Shown here one piece after another: positions 23,784-35,142 of a DNA stretch of 64,000 bases. A program made the position numbers and the translations under genes. The stretch comes from Octopus vulgaris (lineage: Eukaryota). Where the stretch lies: positions 96,038,001 through 96,102,000 of the forward strand of contig OX597814.1 in assembly GCA_951406725.2 (NCBI GenBank), read 5' to 3'. The number at the start of each line of letters is the position of its first letter. Position 1 is the first letter of the stretch. Under the pieces are notes generated by a model. The model saw nothing but the letters and a program-made list of their open reading frames with translations. It made no database searches and was not told the DNA's origin.

Positions 23784-24990
23784 TGAACAATTGGCTGGAA
23801 CAAGACCCTCTGCATAGCAAATATGTGTCCCGTAGTAAAATGCTGATGTTGACCAGAAGCACATTCATCAATAGCTATGGAGCTTAAGGCTAAAGGCAAA
23901 GAGTGAAGGCTTTATCTTAGCTGCTCAAGACCAAAACTTATTGACCCGTAACTACCAAGCCAATGTGATGGAAATGGAGTAGACCCTAAGTGCTGATACA
24001 ACAAAGATGAGATTGAAAGAGTGGACCCCCTAATTTCTGAGTGTAAAGTTTTAGCACCTTTCGAGTATAAATCAAGGCATGATAGAGTTGGCCAATATCT
24101 AGACTGGCTAAAAAGTTGGCATTATGAAATCAAAACTGCTGACAAATGGGTCAAACACCACTCTGTAACTGAAGGAGAAAATGTAACAATTCTTTGGGAT
24201 TTTCCAGTACATACAAAACGGATCATCAAAGCTAATAAACCAGAGATTGTTGTGAAAGACCCAAACAATAAAAACTGTTTATTGATTGACATGAGCATAC
24301 TTTGTGATCATAATATCTCGGATAAAGAAAAGCGGTGGGCTGGCAGAAACGTTAGCATACAGGGCGAAATACTTAGCAGTATTTCGTCTGTCTTTACGTT
24401 CTGAGTTCAAATTCTGCCGAGGTCAACTTTGCCTTTCATCCTTTCGGGGTTGATACATTGAGTACCAGTTGCATGCTGGGGTAAATCTAATCGACTGGTC
24501 CCCTCCCCCAAAATTTTTGGCCTTGTGCCTAGAGTAGAAAACAATATCTCGGGAAAAGAATTTAATAAGTTCAGAAAATATAAAGATTTGCTGACTGAAA
24601 AAAAAAATGTGGCATCTCAAGACGGTTGCAACACCAATGATTGTAGGAGCACTTGGAATGATAAAGAAAGGAACTGAAAATTATTTGAAGATGATCCCTG
24701 GCTTACCATCCATGCCAAAAGTGCAAAAGATCGTTTTAAGTGGTACGTCACATGTATTGAGAAGAGTATTGTCACTGTGAATTTTCTTTCCTTTCTGTTT
24801 TCTTTTTTTCATTTTTTCCAATTCTTTAAATTTTTTCTGTTTTCCTTCCTTTCTTTTTTTTCTTCCCCTTTTTTCTGCCACATTACTTTGTAAATGAACA
24901 ATTTGGTGCGTTTATTTTAATGGCTTACCAATGTATACAGTAAGTTTCTTTGCCCTAGGTGTCAGGAAGACACTTGGCAAAAAAAATGGA
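23783..24990 (+). mobile_element. R4/Dong-clade non-LTR element, 3' part (restriction-like endonuclease)
   Basis: SEGFILAAQDQNLLTRNY...EYKSRHDRVG...TILWDFPVHT...KPEIVV...CLLIDMSI...KYKDL...IVGALG; bounded by (AAT)n on both sides; interrupted by a SINE. Confidence 0.85.
24331..24542 (+). mobile_element. SINE family B inserted in the R4/Dong element, ~18-bp TSD
   Basis: AATATCTCGGATAAAGAA (24312-24329) and AATATCTCGGGAAAAGAA (24543-24560). Confidence 0.9.
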
Positions 24991-25009
24991 AACAAAAAGA
25001 GGATGATGA

Positions 25010-25053
<44 letters not shown>

Positions 25054-25054
25054 T

Positions 25055-25292
25055 TCAGTATCCTATGTTCCTTGCTCTTGGTGACTCCTGGTTCATGTTC
25101 GTACCATTTCCGTGCTCTGTTCAAGCCGTACTTTTCACATAACCTCCAGTGGACGAACTTAATTACGTTATCATGCCTCCTTTTGTGGTGATGCTGGGTC
25201 AGCTTGCTATACTCACTCACAATATGTGAGATTGTTTTGTTTCTGCTGCCACACATCCTACAAAGGGGTGATTCGCTACTTTTGTCTATTTG
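25055..25292 (-). mobile_element. R4/Dong-clade fragment (CCHC region)
   Basis: CRMCGSRNKTISHIVSEYSKLTQHHHKRRHDNVIKFVHWRLCEKYG...WYEHEP. Confidence 0.8.
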
Positions 25293-25419
25293 GAAAGAAA
25301 CCCTGTGAGACCTCTGACAGCAGACTGCTGTCCACTCTCACAAAATCTACCAGAACAAACAAGACCAAGCATTCTGAGAAGTATAACAACAACAATAATA
25401 ATAATAATCAACCACCTTC

Positions 25420-26982
25420 TCTTCAAGATGATTTAAAACTGCTTGCAAAGACAAAGCCTGAAATGATGAGATTCGTTGAAACTGTACAGATGTGCACCAA
25501 GGATATAGGACATAAGGTATCTTGAAGTGTGCGGTGCTTGCTTTGAAACGGGGGAGAAGAACAGATTGTAAGAGACACAGAATTGCCAAACGGAGAGAGA
25601 ATGGGAGACCCGGATGATGATGGGTAAAAGTACCTTGGGATCCTGGAGCTTGCACAGAGAAATGAAAGACAAGGTCATCACTACATATTTGAAGCACCTC
25701 AAAATTCTCTTGAAATCAAAATTAAACGCAAGGAACCTTGTGACTGCCACCAGCATATGGGGCTGTTGCTGTAGTTCGCTATTGTGCACCCATCTTGAAA
25801 TGGACACGAGCGGAGATTAACCAACTTGATCCCACTACCTGGAAGACGATAACAATGCATGGTACCCTCCACCCTAAGGCGAACGCACACAGGCTCTAAA
25901 TGAAGAGGAATAAAGGTGGACGTGGGCTGATTAGCGTACTGGAGTGCATCACCTGTGAAAGAAGAACCATGGTAGAAAATTTGGTAAACAGCAAACAAGA
26001 CCTGCTATAGTATGCTGTTAATGCAGAAGGATATACCAAAAATGGACTTGAAAGTGCTAATCAATTCCGATCACGAATAACCAGCGAGAGAGAAGAAACT
26101 CTACTCCACTTGGAATTACATGGTTAGTTCCATTGAGAAAATAGCAAGTTAAAAGACCAGGAAGCATCATGGAGGTGGCTCAGCAAGTGTGACCTAAAAA
26201 AAGAAGACTGAAAGCTTAATCATCGCTGCTCAGAATCAGGCATTGACTACCAACTCAGTGGAAAGGGATATATACCACACAAGTGCTACGAACCTCTTCA
26301 GAATATGTTGGAAGATGGTCGAAAGCATGACTCACATTGTTAGTGCTTGTGAAAGTTTTGCGCAAAAAGAGTACAAGCGCAGACATGACAAGGTAGCACA
26401 AAATCTTCACTGGTTACTATGCAGGAAGTATGGACACGAGGTAACGAGTGCTTGGTACGAACATACACAAGAAAAGGTAATGGAAAAAAAGGGGAAGGCA
26501 AAAATCCTGTGGGACTTTGATTTCCAGACAAGGTTTTAAAGCACCGAAAGCCGGACATAGTAACCTTTAGGAGGGATAAACAAAAGTGCCGAATAATCGA
26601 CGTGGCAATCCCAGGAGATCAAGATATTATCATGAAAAAAAAATTGATAGATATGGAGACCTGAAAATTGAGATTGCCACGATGTTGCAGCAACGCGAGT
26701 CAAACATAAAGATTGTCCCTATTGTCATCGGAGCATTGCGTTCATTACCACCCAACCTAAAGAAACATCTGGAAATTCTAGAAATACCCTACAGTCTAGG
26801 TATATTGCAAAAATCGGCAATACTTGGAACTGCACTTGTATTGTGAAAAGTACTGTCTGTCTGAGGTCCTTGTTGTGACTTGACAGACAGTACAGACCCC
26901 CAGTAGACACAATATCATCAATCAACAACATCACGCTATTAGATAATGTGCGATATCTTAAACAACAACAACAACAACAACA
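25420..26982 (+). mobile_element. R4/Dong-clade non-LTR element (RT end to endonuclease), decayed
   Basis: DDLKL...ILLKSKLNARNL...GGRGL...ESLIIAAQNQ...HIVSAC...EYKRRHDKVAQ...ILWDFDFQT...KPDI...IDVAIP...YGDLKIEI...VPIVIGAL; ends in (AAC)n. Confidence 0.88.
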
Positions 26983-27039
26983 CAATAAGGGATTAAGTAA
27001 AATTATTAAGCTAATCAAGCGGTTTGTTTCAAACCAAAC

Positions 27040-27390
27040 TAAGTAACACTGATGTCAAATTTGAGCGAAATCCGTTGAAATTGGTAAACGTTTGGTTGAA
27101 AATGGGTTGCAGGCAATTTGATTGGGAAATCCCATAAGGAACCTGTTTATTGATTTTCCCACTCATCGAGTGTAATTTTTTGAGAACTTAAAGCATTCAA
27201 AGATCCCATGAGTCCTAAGTAACGCCGGCATCAAGTTTGAACAAAATACATCAAAATTGGTAAAAGTTATGGTTAAAAATGGGGTGTAGCCAATTTTAGT
27301 GAGAAATTTTATTAGGAATCGGTTTATTGATTTTTCATCCTGTTTGAATGGAAAACACCATAAGGAATCAATTTATTGATTTTTCACCCC
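27040..27390. repeat. Degenerate tandem repeat (~177-bp period), probably transposon-internal
   Basis: AAATTGGTAAA..TGGTT.AAAATGGG...AGGAA.C.GTTTATTGATTTT repeated 2-3 times. Confidence 0.55.
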
Positions 27391-27732
27391 AAACAGGACT
27401 TAACCGAACACAACATTACTGATTCAAAAAATCTATATTTATACTTTAAAGTTGGTTTTCACACCCAACCCAGTTCTGCAGAATCAGTGTCGCGACGGGA
27501 ACGCATGTGTTGGGAGGTTGACCGGCAGAGGTAATCAGGTTCACATGTTGGCCTTTTCGAAACCACCATCCCTACCATCTAACTCTATTTGGCCCCTGGG
27601 TTGGGAGCCCTTCCAGCAAGGAAAATAGAACACCCAAAAGGGCTCCCGATCCTCTGTGTCAGAAGAGGTTATGTTCGGATTACAACTAAACCTTAACCTA
27701 AGCCTAAGTTAACCTAGCGAAAGGAGGCTCGG

Positions 27733-27789
<57 letters not shown>

Positions 27790-27807
27790 TAATAATAATG
27801 ATAATAG

Positions 27808-28038
27808 TGGTTTCATATTTTGGCACAAGGCCAGCAATTTTAAGGAACGGGCTAAGTCAGACTGCTTTCAAGTCTCTTGCTTGCATTTTATGGAGGTTGT
27901 TTTTTTCCTTTATTTTCTTCTTGTCTTTGCTGAAAAGCAAAGTTAGCCTCAGTGGTATTTGAACTCAGAACATAAAGACGGACAAACTGCTGCTAAGCAT
28001 TTTGTCTGGCATTCTAACGGTTCTGCCAGCTCTCCACC
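27808..28038 (-). mobile_element. SINE family B with its middle replaced by local sequence
   Basis: Tail at 27808-27857, head at ~27950-28038, between (AAT)n tracts. Confidence 0.7.
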
Positions 28039-28040
28039 TA

Positions 28041-28100
<60 letters not shown>

Positions 28101-28951
28101 CCCTTTCTTCCTTGGCCACAAAAGCAAACATGTGCAATACAAAACATGTCATTCACAAAGGGCTACAATCTCACACACACACTTATCACAAGTGTGTGAT
28201 AAAAGTGGAATTGAGAAAAACACAATATAATTTATTTAAATGGTTTTAAAATCGGGACTTCACGACTTAATCTTTCATCTCAATTCCTGAGACTGAGTTC
28301 TCTAAATTTGTCTACAGTTATCTTGAAGTGTAGTTGTACCACAAAGACTTCCTTATCTCAGGTGCGTATCGACTTGAATTCTTGCTTTTATAAACAATCT
28401 TTCATTTTGTTGTCCTATATACTCTTTCCCCATTCCCTCCTTAATCAGTAAAATATTCTTTTTATTAACATTCTGCTCTTTCAACTTTTGTTTATGGTAC
28501 TCGCTGTTGGTTCAGACAACTGTGAGGCTTAGGCCCTCTAAAGCGTGGGTACCTTTTTCAGACTGCTTTCAAGTGTCTTGCTTGCATTTTATGGAGGTTG
28601 TCTTTTTCCCCTTTCTTTATTTTCTTCTTGTCTTCGACAACCTTCCACTCTTCTCCGTCACTGCAAGGCAATCGGATTATGAGGTATGTTGCTTGGAGAA
28701 AAACCTGCATATAATCGAAAACAGATGCAGGTTAAGTAATAAATACACATGAGCAAGTATATAATGAAATGGATCCATGAAGAGTCCTTAGGTGTTACAA
28801 CAGTTTTAGCTCTAAGTGTAACAAAATTTAGATATGTTTTAAAGCACTACGTAACTGATAATGCAAAAGTCAATGTTGATAAAATAAGCTTTTACACATT
28901 GTTATTGTTATATTTTAATTTACAATTACAAATTTCTACTTTCATCTTTAG

Positions 28952-29098
28952 GGTTATGCAACTAAAGCTGGAGGGAAAGGGTCGCAGCTAAGCGGTGGAC
29001 AGAAACAGCGAATTGCTATTGCTCGAGCATTAGTAAGAAATCCTAAAATACTGCTTCTGGATGAGGCAACATCAGCTCTTGATACTGAAAGCGAAAAG
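28952..29098 (+). CDS. ABCB1: ABCB1-like exon 10 (signature, Walker B, D-loop)
   Basis: ctttag / gtatta, 147 nt; [49 protein letters not shown]. Confidence 0.98.
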
Positions 29099-29224
29099 GT
29101 ATTAATATATGTTATTCTCTCTCTTTACTTCCTCTTCTCTCCCGCTTATTTATTCGTACATATCTAGTCATGTCATATGTACTAGGTGTAGTACATATAT
29201 TTACCCAAAAATGTAATGTATTTA

Positions 29225-30665
29225 TTAGAAAGTGGCTAGGCCTACTTCAGATATTGAACAGTTCGGCTCTTTATCGTAAAAGAGGCTCGTTGCAGTGACC
29301 ACTGGTGTCAATAGTCGAAATTTATAAACTAGGGAAGGTACGAACGGTGATGATGCTGCGAAAGTTGAAGGACATGGTGTAATCCACCAGATGTAATCAG
29401 GTGTAATCCAACAGATGTAAAAACAGCCAGAAAGTGGAAAACAGAAGCAGAGACTGATGACATTCTGTCTTCCCTAACACACCGTGATATGGTGGGTGTA
29501 ATGCAAATTCATCGGAAGGGACTTGGTTTTGGCACAGATTGGTCCAGACCGTTTGCAAGTATGTTGCGGCGCGAACGCAGATATGTTGTAAACACCAGCG
29601 TCAAAACAAAGGAAGCAGAGAGAAGAGAGCTTTGCTTGATCCAACGCTCTCAACAAGGACAGATGATGAGATGGAAAGAACATGTTGTTGAGAGAAAAAT
29701 AAGTTGGAATGAGATATGGAGGTTGACTACATCTCGGCTAAGTTTTCTGACTCGTTCATCCTATGTCTTGCCATCTCCTGTACATCTAGTAAGATGGAAT
29801 GTCTCAGAGAATAATATATGAAAATGCGGAAAGGTCAGAACACTGAAACATATTCTTTCTGTTCACTAGCATTGAATAAATATACATGGAGACACAACCT
29901 GGTCCTTAAGGTTATCTTCGATGCTATAAAGAACCAAATTGATTCCAACAACAGTGGAGAAGAAAAAACCGGTGAAAGTACCAACTAGAGATTTCATTAC
30001 CTTTGTATGCTCAGGACAGCAGATCCGTTTCAAGAAGAAACATCCTGTGAGCGATGAAAAGTGGAACGAATATTGGGAGGTGACTGCAGATTTACCAATG
30101 TGTCAGCAACTCTTTCTCATCTAAGTTACGAAAACACCGGAAATTTTAATGCGGTGTGAAAGAAAGCGATGAATCTAGTCGAGTTAACGGTTCCCCATGA
30201 AGATAACATGGATACCACTCGGGCTCGAGAGATTGACTGTTATGTAAACCTCCTCGAGGAATGTGAAGACGCAAGCTGGAAAGCGGAGCATTTTCTGACT
30301 GAAGTTGGATATAGAGGATTTGTTGGACACATTCTCAGGCGACTATTGTTATCGTTATGCCTAACTCAACGTAAAGTAAATACCACCATGGCCGATATCC
30401 AAACTACAGTGTAAAAAGCTAGCCACTGGATTTGGTTAAAAAGAGATGATGAGCGATGGCTAGAAGAATATTGAGCTTTATTTGATAACCAGTTGATCTC
30501 GCAAGCGGGACCTCATATCAGTGATGGGCGGTGCGCAATGATACTGTCGAGAGGTAGGCCCTGAAACGGCGTGCATTTTCTCCTGATGACCCCATACACT
30601 TGCTGGCTTCCGGTATGCGGAGCTTTCGACTGGTAGCACTTGCATGTGCAAGTTGTTTGCAAAAC
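29225..30665 (+). mobile_element. HERO-like (restriction-endonuclease) non-LTR retrotransposon, decayed 3' part
   Basis: QGQMMRW...RKISWNEIW...SFL...VLPSP...YTWRHNLVL...LVELTVPHED...EVGYRGF...ASHWIWLKR. Confidence 0.8.
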
Positions 30666-30914
30666 ATCAATTCAAAAACTTTCTCATTACTTTTACCATA
30701 GCCTTTAATATTTTCTCAACTGTTTAAATAATGGGTAAATGCACTTGATAGTGCCTGGAATCTGGTGTCTGTACGTTGGATAGCTTTATTTGTTATTTTA
30801 AAATATGCGAATGGTCGCAACACATATTTTCATGACCTTGTATGGTTGTCAAGTAAGAATTGATATTATTACAGTACGAATCAGCTAATTCACTTACTGC
30901 TTTGTCCATCATTG

Positions 30915-31075
30915 AAATGGATGGAGTATTTAGCATAATGTTTTATGAGTTCAGAACAGGTAGTAATGCGATAAAAGCAACACAAAATGGTCATATTATG
31001 TATGGGAAGGGTTGTTTAAACGAATGAGTTAGTCGATGATTTGAAAGGTTAAGGAAGAGTGATGTGAGCTTAAAT
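30915..31075 (+). mobile_element. mariner transposase N-terminal remnant
   Basis: IMFYEFRTGSNAIKATQN..YGKGCLNE, resembling the first mariner HTH. Confidence 0.5.
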
Positions 31076-31395
31076 GAAATTATGATTGCACTATATCAAT
31101 GTTAAGTGCTTTGGAATCAATATTTTCCATATATACTACAAATGAATTATATCATTGGTTAATACAGCCCATCATTGCTTTTTCATTCGATATTTACATT
31201 GTTTAAGCGTCGAACAAAATATCTTTCGGCATTGTTCTGGCAATAATATTCTGAATATAAATCTACTGAGACCGACTTTGCTTTTCATGCTTGTGGGATC
31301 AATTAAAAAATATCAAGTCAAATACTTGGTTTTATATAATCGACTGATTTTATTCAAAGAGACCAGTTGGTCTTATCCTTTGTTCCTGGGTTAGA

Positions 31396-31730
31396 GGTAG
31401 GTGCCCCATTTGGGACGTCAGTCTGCGACTCTTGTGCTCCCTCTCACATCCTGGAAGCTGCAGTAAATGGGAGGGTCACTACTTCTGTAGCCGAACAGAA
31501 CAAAACTCTGAAGTATCGGGACCTGACAGTGAACTATCTCTTCCAGCCTGTGGTGTTTAAGACATTTGGAGGAACTGGGTCACTAACCGCGAAATTTCTG
31601 TCATCTTTGACAGCTCGCCTCACCGAGGTGCAAGGTGATGCCTGAGGGCGCTTAGTTTTTCCAACGCCTTAGTCTCACCATCACCCGTGATAATGCTGCC
31701 AGCGTGCTGGCTTGCTTCAGTAGGTTCCGT
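31396..31730 (+). mobile_element. CRE-clade non-LTR element C-terminal fragment
   Basis: VCDSCAPSH...AEQNKTLKYRDL..NYLFQPVVFKTFGG.G...FQRLSLTITRDNAASVL. Confidence 0.7.
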
Positions 31731-32006
31731 TGAACCTTGTTGTGTGCGACCAATAGAAGCACTTGGTGCTGTATTGTTGCTTTTTTCTCTCTTTCTTCCC
31801 CACAAATGGTTTCAATACAGTTTTAGTAGAAAGATTTGGAAGAATTAGAAGAAAGTTCTCTGGTAATTTTCTTTCATGTAAATAGATGTTTATGTTAATT
31901 TTATACCTACATATGTATTTGTTTCTACAATCAATTATTTGTAAATTAAATTTATTTCGTCTATTGTTTTAAAATATTTATTTATTTTATTTATAATTCT
32001 TTGCAG

Positions 32007-32201
32007 GTTGTTCAAGAAGCTCTCAATAAAGCAAGAAAAGGTCGCACGTGCCTAGTTGTTGCACACAGGCTCTCAACGATTAAGGATTCTGACAAAATTG
32101 CTGTAATAGTTGAAGGTAAAGTGCATGAAATTGGAACACATATTGAATTAGAGCAAAACAAAGGTGTTTACTATAATCTACTCACCAATCAAAATCTTTA
32201 A
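32007..32201 (+). CDS. ABCB1: ABCB1-like last coding exon (H-loop, stop)
   Basis: ttgcag acceptor; VVQEALNKARKGRTCLVVAHRLSTIKDSDKIAVIVEGKVHEIGTHIELEQNKGVYYNLLTNQNL*. Confidence 0.97.
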   Translation, partial: VVQEALNKARKGRTCLVVAHRLSTIKDSDKIAVIVEGKVHEIGTHIELEQNKGVYYNLLTNQNL

Positions 32202-32324
32202 TCAATATCTAATTTCACTAAATGTTGTGTCTTGAAAAACCTGAAACCTCACATTGTAAATATTACGTACAAGGGAGGCAGTTTTAGTGTTCAAAAAGAT
32301 TGTTTAATCGATGTTTGAATAACA

Positions 32325-32330
32325 AATAAA
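32325..32330 (+). promoter_or_regulatory. Candidate polyadenylation signal of the ABCB1-like gene
   Basis: First AATAAA after the stop, 124 nt downstream; the AT-rich context makes it weak evidence. Confidence 0.4.
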
Positions 32331-32496
32331 GATTCACTCGTGCATAGATGCATATCGTTGCTATTATGCAAAAGTGTCGTAAGTCGAAAATGTTTTTTTC
32401 TTCAGAAAACGACAAAATAGTTTCACCATTCCACAGCAAAACCGTTGTACTTTGACAATATTTGATATCTTGGCATCTGAAGCAGCTGGAAATACG

Positions 32497-32570
32497 ATAG
32501 TTTGACAAAAAGAATAGGCTATGGCAAGCAAAAATAGTTTGACAAAAAGAATAGGCTATGGCAAGCAAAA
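32497..32570. repeat. Tandem duplication 2 x 37 bp
   Basis: ATAGTTTGACAAAAAGAATAGGCTATGGCAAGCAAAA twice. Confidence 0.9.
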
Positions 32571-32870
32571 ACGCATTTGGCCAAATTTTAGACGTACGAC
32601 AGATTAACATGATAGCATGGCTCTCTCACACACTCTCTCTGTTTCTATCTCTCCTCCTCTCTCTCTACATATATATATATGTAAATTTTATAATTTCTAA
32701 ATCTCTGTAATGGAGATACACAGCAGCAGTATTGACTATTAATATTTATTGCCAAACTAAGGTGGCAGTCCAGAGAAATAAGACGAATGCTGCTGTTAAA
32801 ATTCACACACACACACACACACACACACATGTACATGTGTACATTTATGCATATGCATACATATATATAA

Positions 32871-32940
<70 letters not shown>

Positions 32941-32965
32941 CTATCTATCTATCTATCTATCTATC

Positions 32966-33010
<45 letters not shown>

Positions 33011-33011
<1 letters not shown>

Positions 33012-33208
33012 CATTATTTACATTTGACGGATATTTGTCCATATTTTGTTTGTTGTTTACACAACGTTTCGGCTGATATAACCTCCGGCCTTCATCAGAT
33101 GTATTGGGGAAATTTCGAACCTAGGTTCTCATTCCTAAGGTATTTTTCGATCTTCTTCTTCTTCTTCTTCTTCTTCTTCTTCTTCTTCTTCTTCTTCTTC
33201 TTCTTCTT

Positions 33209-33239
<31 letters not shown>

Positions 33240-33568
33240 ATATTATTATTATTGTTATTATTATTATTATTATTCAGGTCACTGCCTGGAATCGAACTCG
33301 GAATCTTGGGGTTAGTAGACCGCGCTCTTAACCCCAATATTCCGAGTTCGATTCCAGGCAGTGACCTGAATAATAATGATGATGATGATAATAATAATAA
33401 TATCAAAAAATATCTTAGGAATGAGAACCCAGGTTCGAAATTTTCCCAAGACACCTGATGCAGGCTGGAGGATGTATCAGCCAAACGCATTAACAACAAA
33501 GATGAAAACAAATACCCGTCAAATGTAAATAATGCACATAATTCCTCATCTTTTAAATATACAACAGT
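33011..33568. mobile_element. Head-to-head foldback of a tRNA-headed element with a hammerhead-bearing tail
   Basis: 33011-33314 is an imperfect reverse complement of 33329-33534; B box GAGTTCGATTCC near the centre; internal (AAT)n/(AAG)n tracts. Confidence 0.85.
33058..33103 (-). ncRNA. Candidate minimal type I hammerhead ribozyme
   Basis: Minus strand TACAT-CTGATGA-A-GGC..GCC-GAA-ACGT-T-GTGTA: conserved core, stem I TACAT/GTGTA, short stem II, palindromic ACGT in place of stem III. Confidence 0.6.
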
Positions 33569-33889
33569 ACTATATATATATATATCAAAATAATGTTAGA
33601 GATAGAAACACCCACAACTTCATCAACTCCGAACAGTATTAACTCAACTAAGCCATAAAATATTAAATATTATACTTACTATTTCTATTCATAATCCCAA
33701 AATTTTCCATATTACGGACTACACATGCTTCATGATGGTACGTATGGTATTGTTAAGGCATAAAGTCTTATTCAAAAACTCATCATGTTTACGCACTCCA
33801 ATCGTCACATCTACTTTCCCCACATTTATAAATATAACTACTTCTTATATATCACTATGTTTGTCAAAGTATAAATAAATAAATTCATG

Positions 33890-35075
33890 AACCTTATAAA
33901 TTTAAGGAAAAAACGGATATGATGTACGACTAAAAAATACGAATAAAAAATGTGAATAAATCCGGATAAAAACTACGAATAAAAATACGAAAAAATGGTT
34001 TAAAAGTATTAAAAATAAAAAGGAATATAAGTTTATACAAATAGATATTGACAATTATTATGCATCGATAAACGAGGTAGTACTTAGTAAGGCTTTAGTG
34101 TATGCTAAGAACAAAATAGGAATGACTATGGAGGAAATTAAGGTAGTCCAAGAGGCACGAAAATCTCTAATAAAATACAATAAATTATGGGCTAGAAAAG
34201 ATACCAGGGAGTACTTCGATGTACCCATGGGAACGCCGGACTCATTACAGGTGACTGATCTAGTAGGGATCTATTTACTTTCAGAATTAAATCTAGAAAA
34301 ATCAAAAGAAGAAAGCGGTTTATATAGAGACGATTTGTTATTAATAACTAAAAACTGTATAAAAAAGACTCTTGAAAATTATAAAAAGAAATTATATAGT
34401 TTTTTTTTCAAGCGATAAGGATTAGGAACTACGATTTATAAAGATCATTATAATGTTAACTTTTTAGATGCCAATTTGAATATTTCAACAGGGATAACAC
34501 AACCTTTCCACAAAATGAAAGGAAATTTGAAATATATAAACGCATACAGTAACCCCACCTCCATTAAGAAAACACTGATAGCTAATATAGGAACTACGAG
34601 AACTTCCTAAAGCATTCAACCTACTATAATGAAGCTTTAAAAAAGGCAGGATACAAGGACGAAATTATATTCTACAATAATAATACAAATAGTAACAATT
34701 ACACAAAAGATAATGCTAAATATTAAAGTAAACACAGACATGACATATATAGGATCTATATCGAATAAAATTAAACAAAGGATAGCGCAACACTTGTACT
34801 CATTTAAAAATAAGACATTAATGAACTCGACAGGCTTAAGTAAATATATTTGGAGCCTAAATTCTAAAAAGATTAAATATAAACTAAAGTGGGAGATAAT
34901 AAAGAAAACTAATTCATATAGAATAGGGAATAAGTTCTGTCTGCTGTGTACTCACGAATTCATGGAGATTTCATGGTCTAAAACAACATTGCTTAATGCT
35001 CAGGATGAAAGAAAAATTAAATGCAAACATCAGCTGAAGTGCTTAATTAATAAGTTTGGATTCTTAAGTAAATAA
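33890..35075 (+). mobile_element. Penelope-like element remnant (RT + GIY-YIG endonuclease)
   Basis: FIQIDIDNYYASI...FDVPMG...DLVGIYLL...GLYRDD...VNFLD, then YIGS...KQRIAQH...LSKYIWSL...KWEII...CLLCTHE; stops and deletions present. Confidence 0.88.
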
Positions 35076-35142
35076 ACAACAATTAATTTTAATAAATTAA
35101 AACTGAGTTATATCCTTTGAATCAAAGTTACTATTATATATC

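Noticed and set aside
28952-28981. X-loop lacking an acidic residue (TKAGGKG) as a sign of inactivation
   Set aside because: This position varies among invertebrate P-gp NBD2 sequences and all catalytic motifs are intact
30530-30600. CTGTCGAG...GAAAC and CTGATGA in the HERO-like 3' UTR
   Set aside because: Order and pairing do not give a convincing hammerhead; treated as ordinary LINE 3' UTR structure
33275-33365. Possible tRNA gene (also the heads at 13041, 22627, 62439)
   Set aside because: Incomplete cloverleaf with no acceptor stem; these are SINE-type heads
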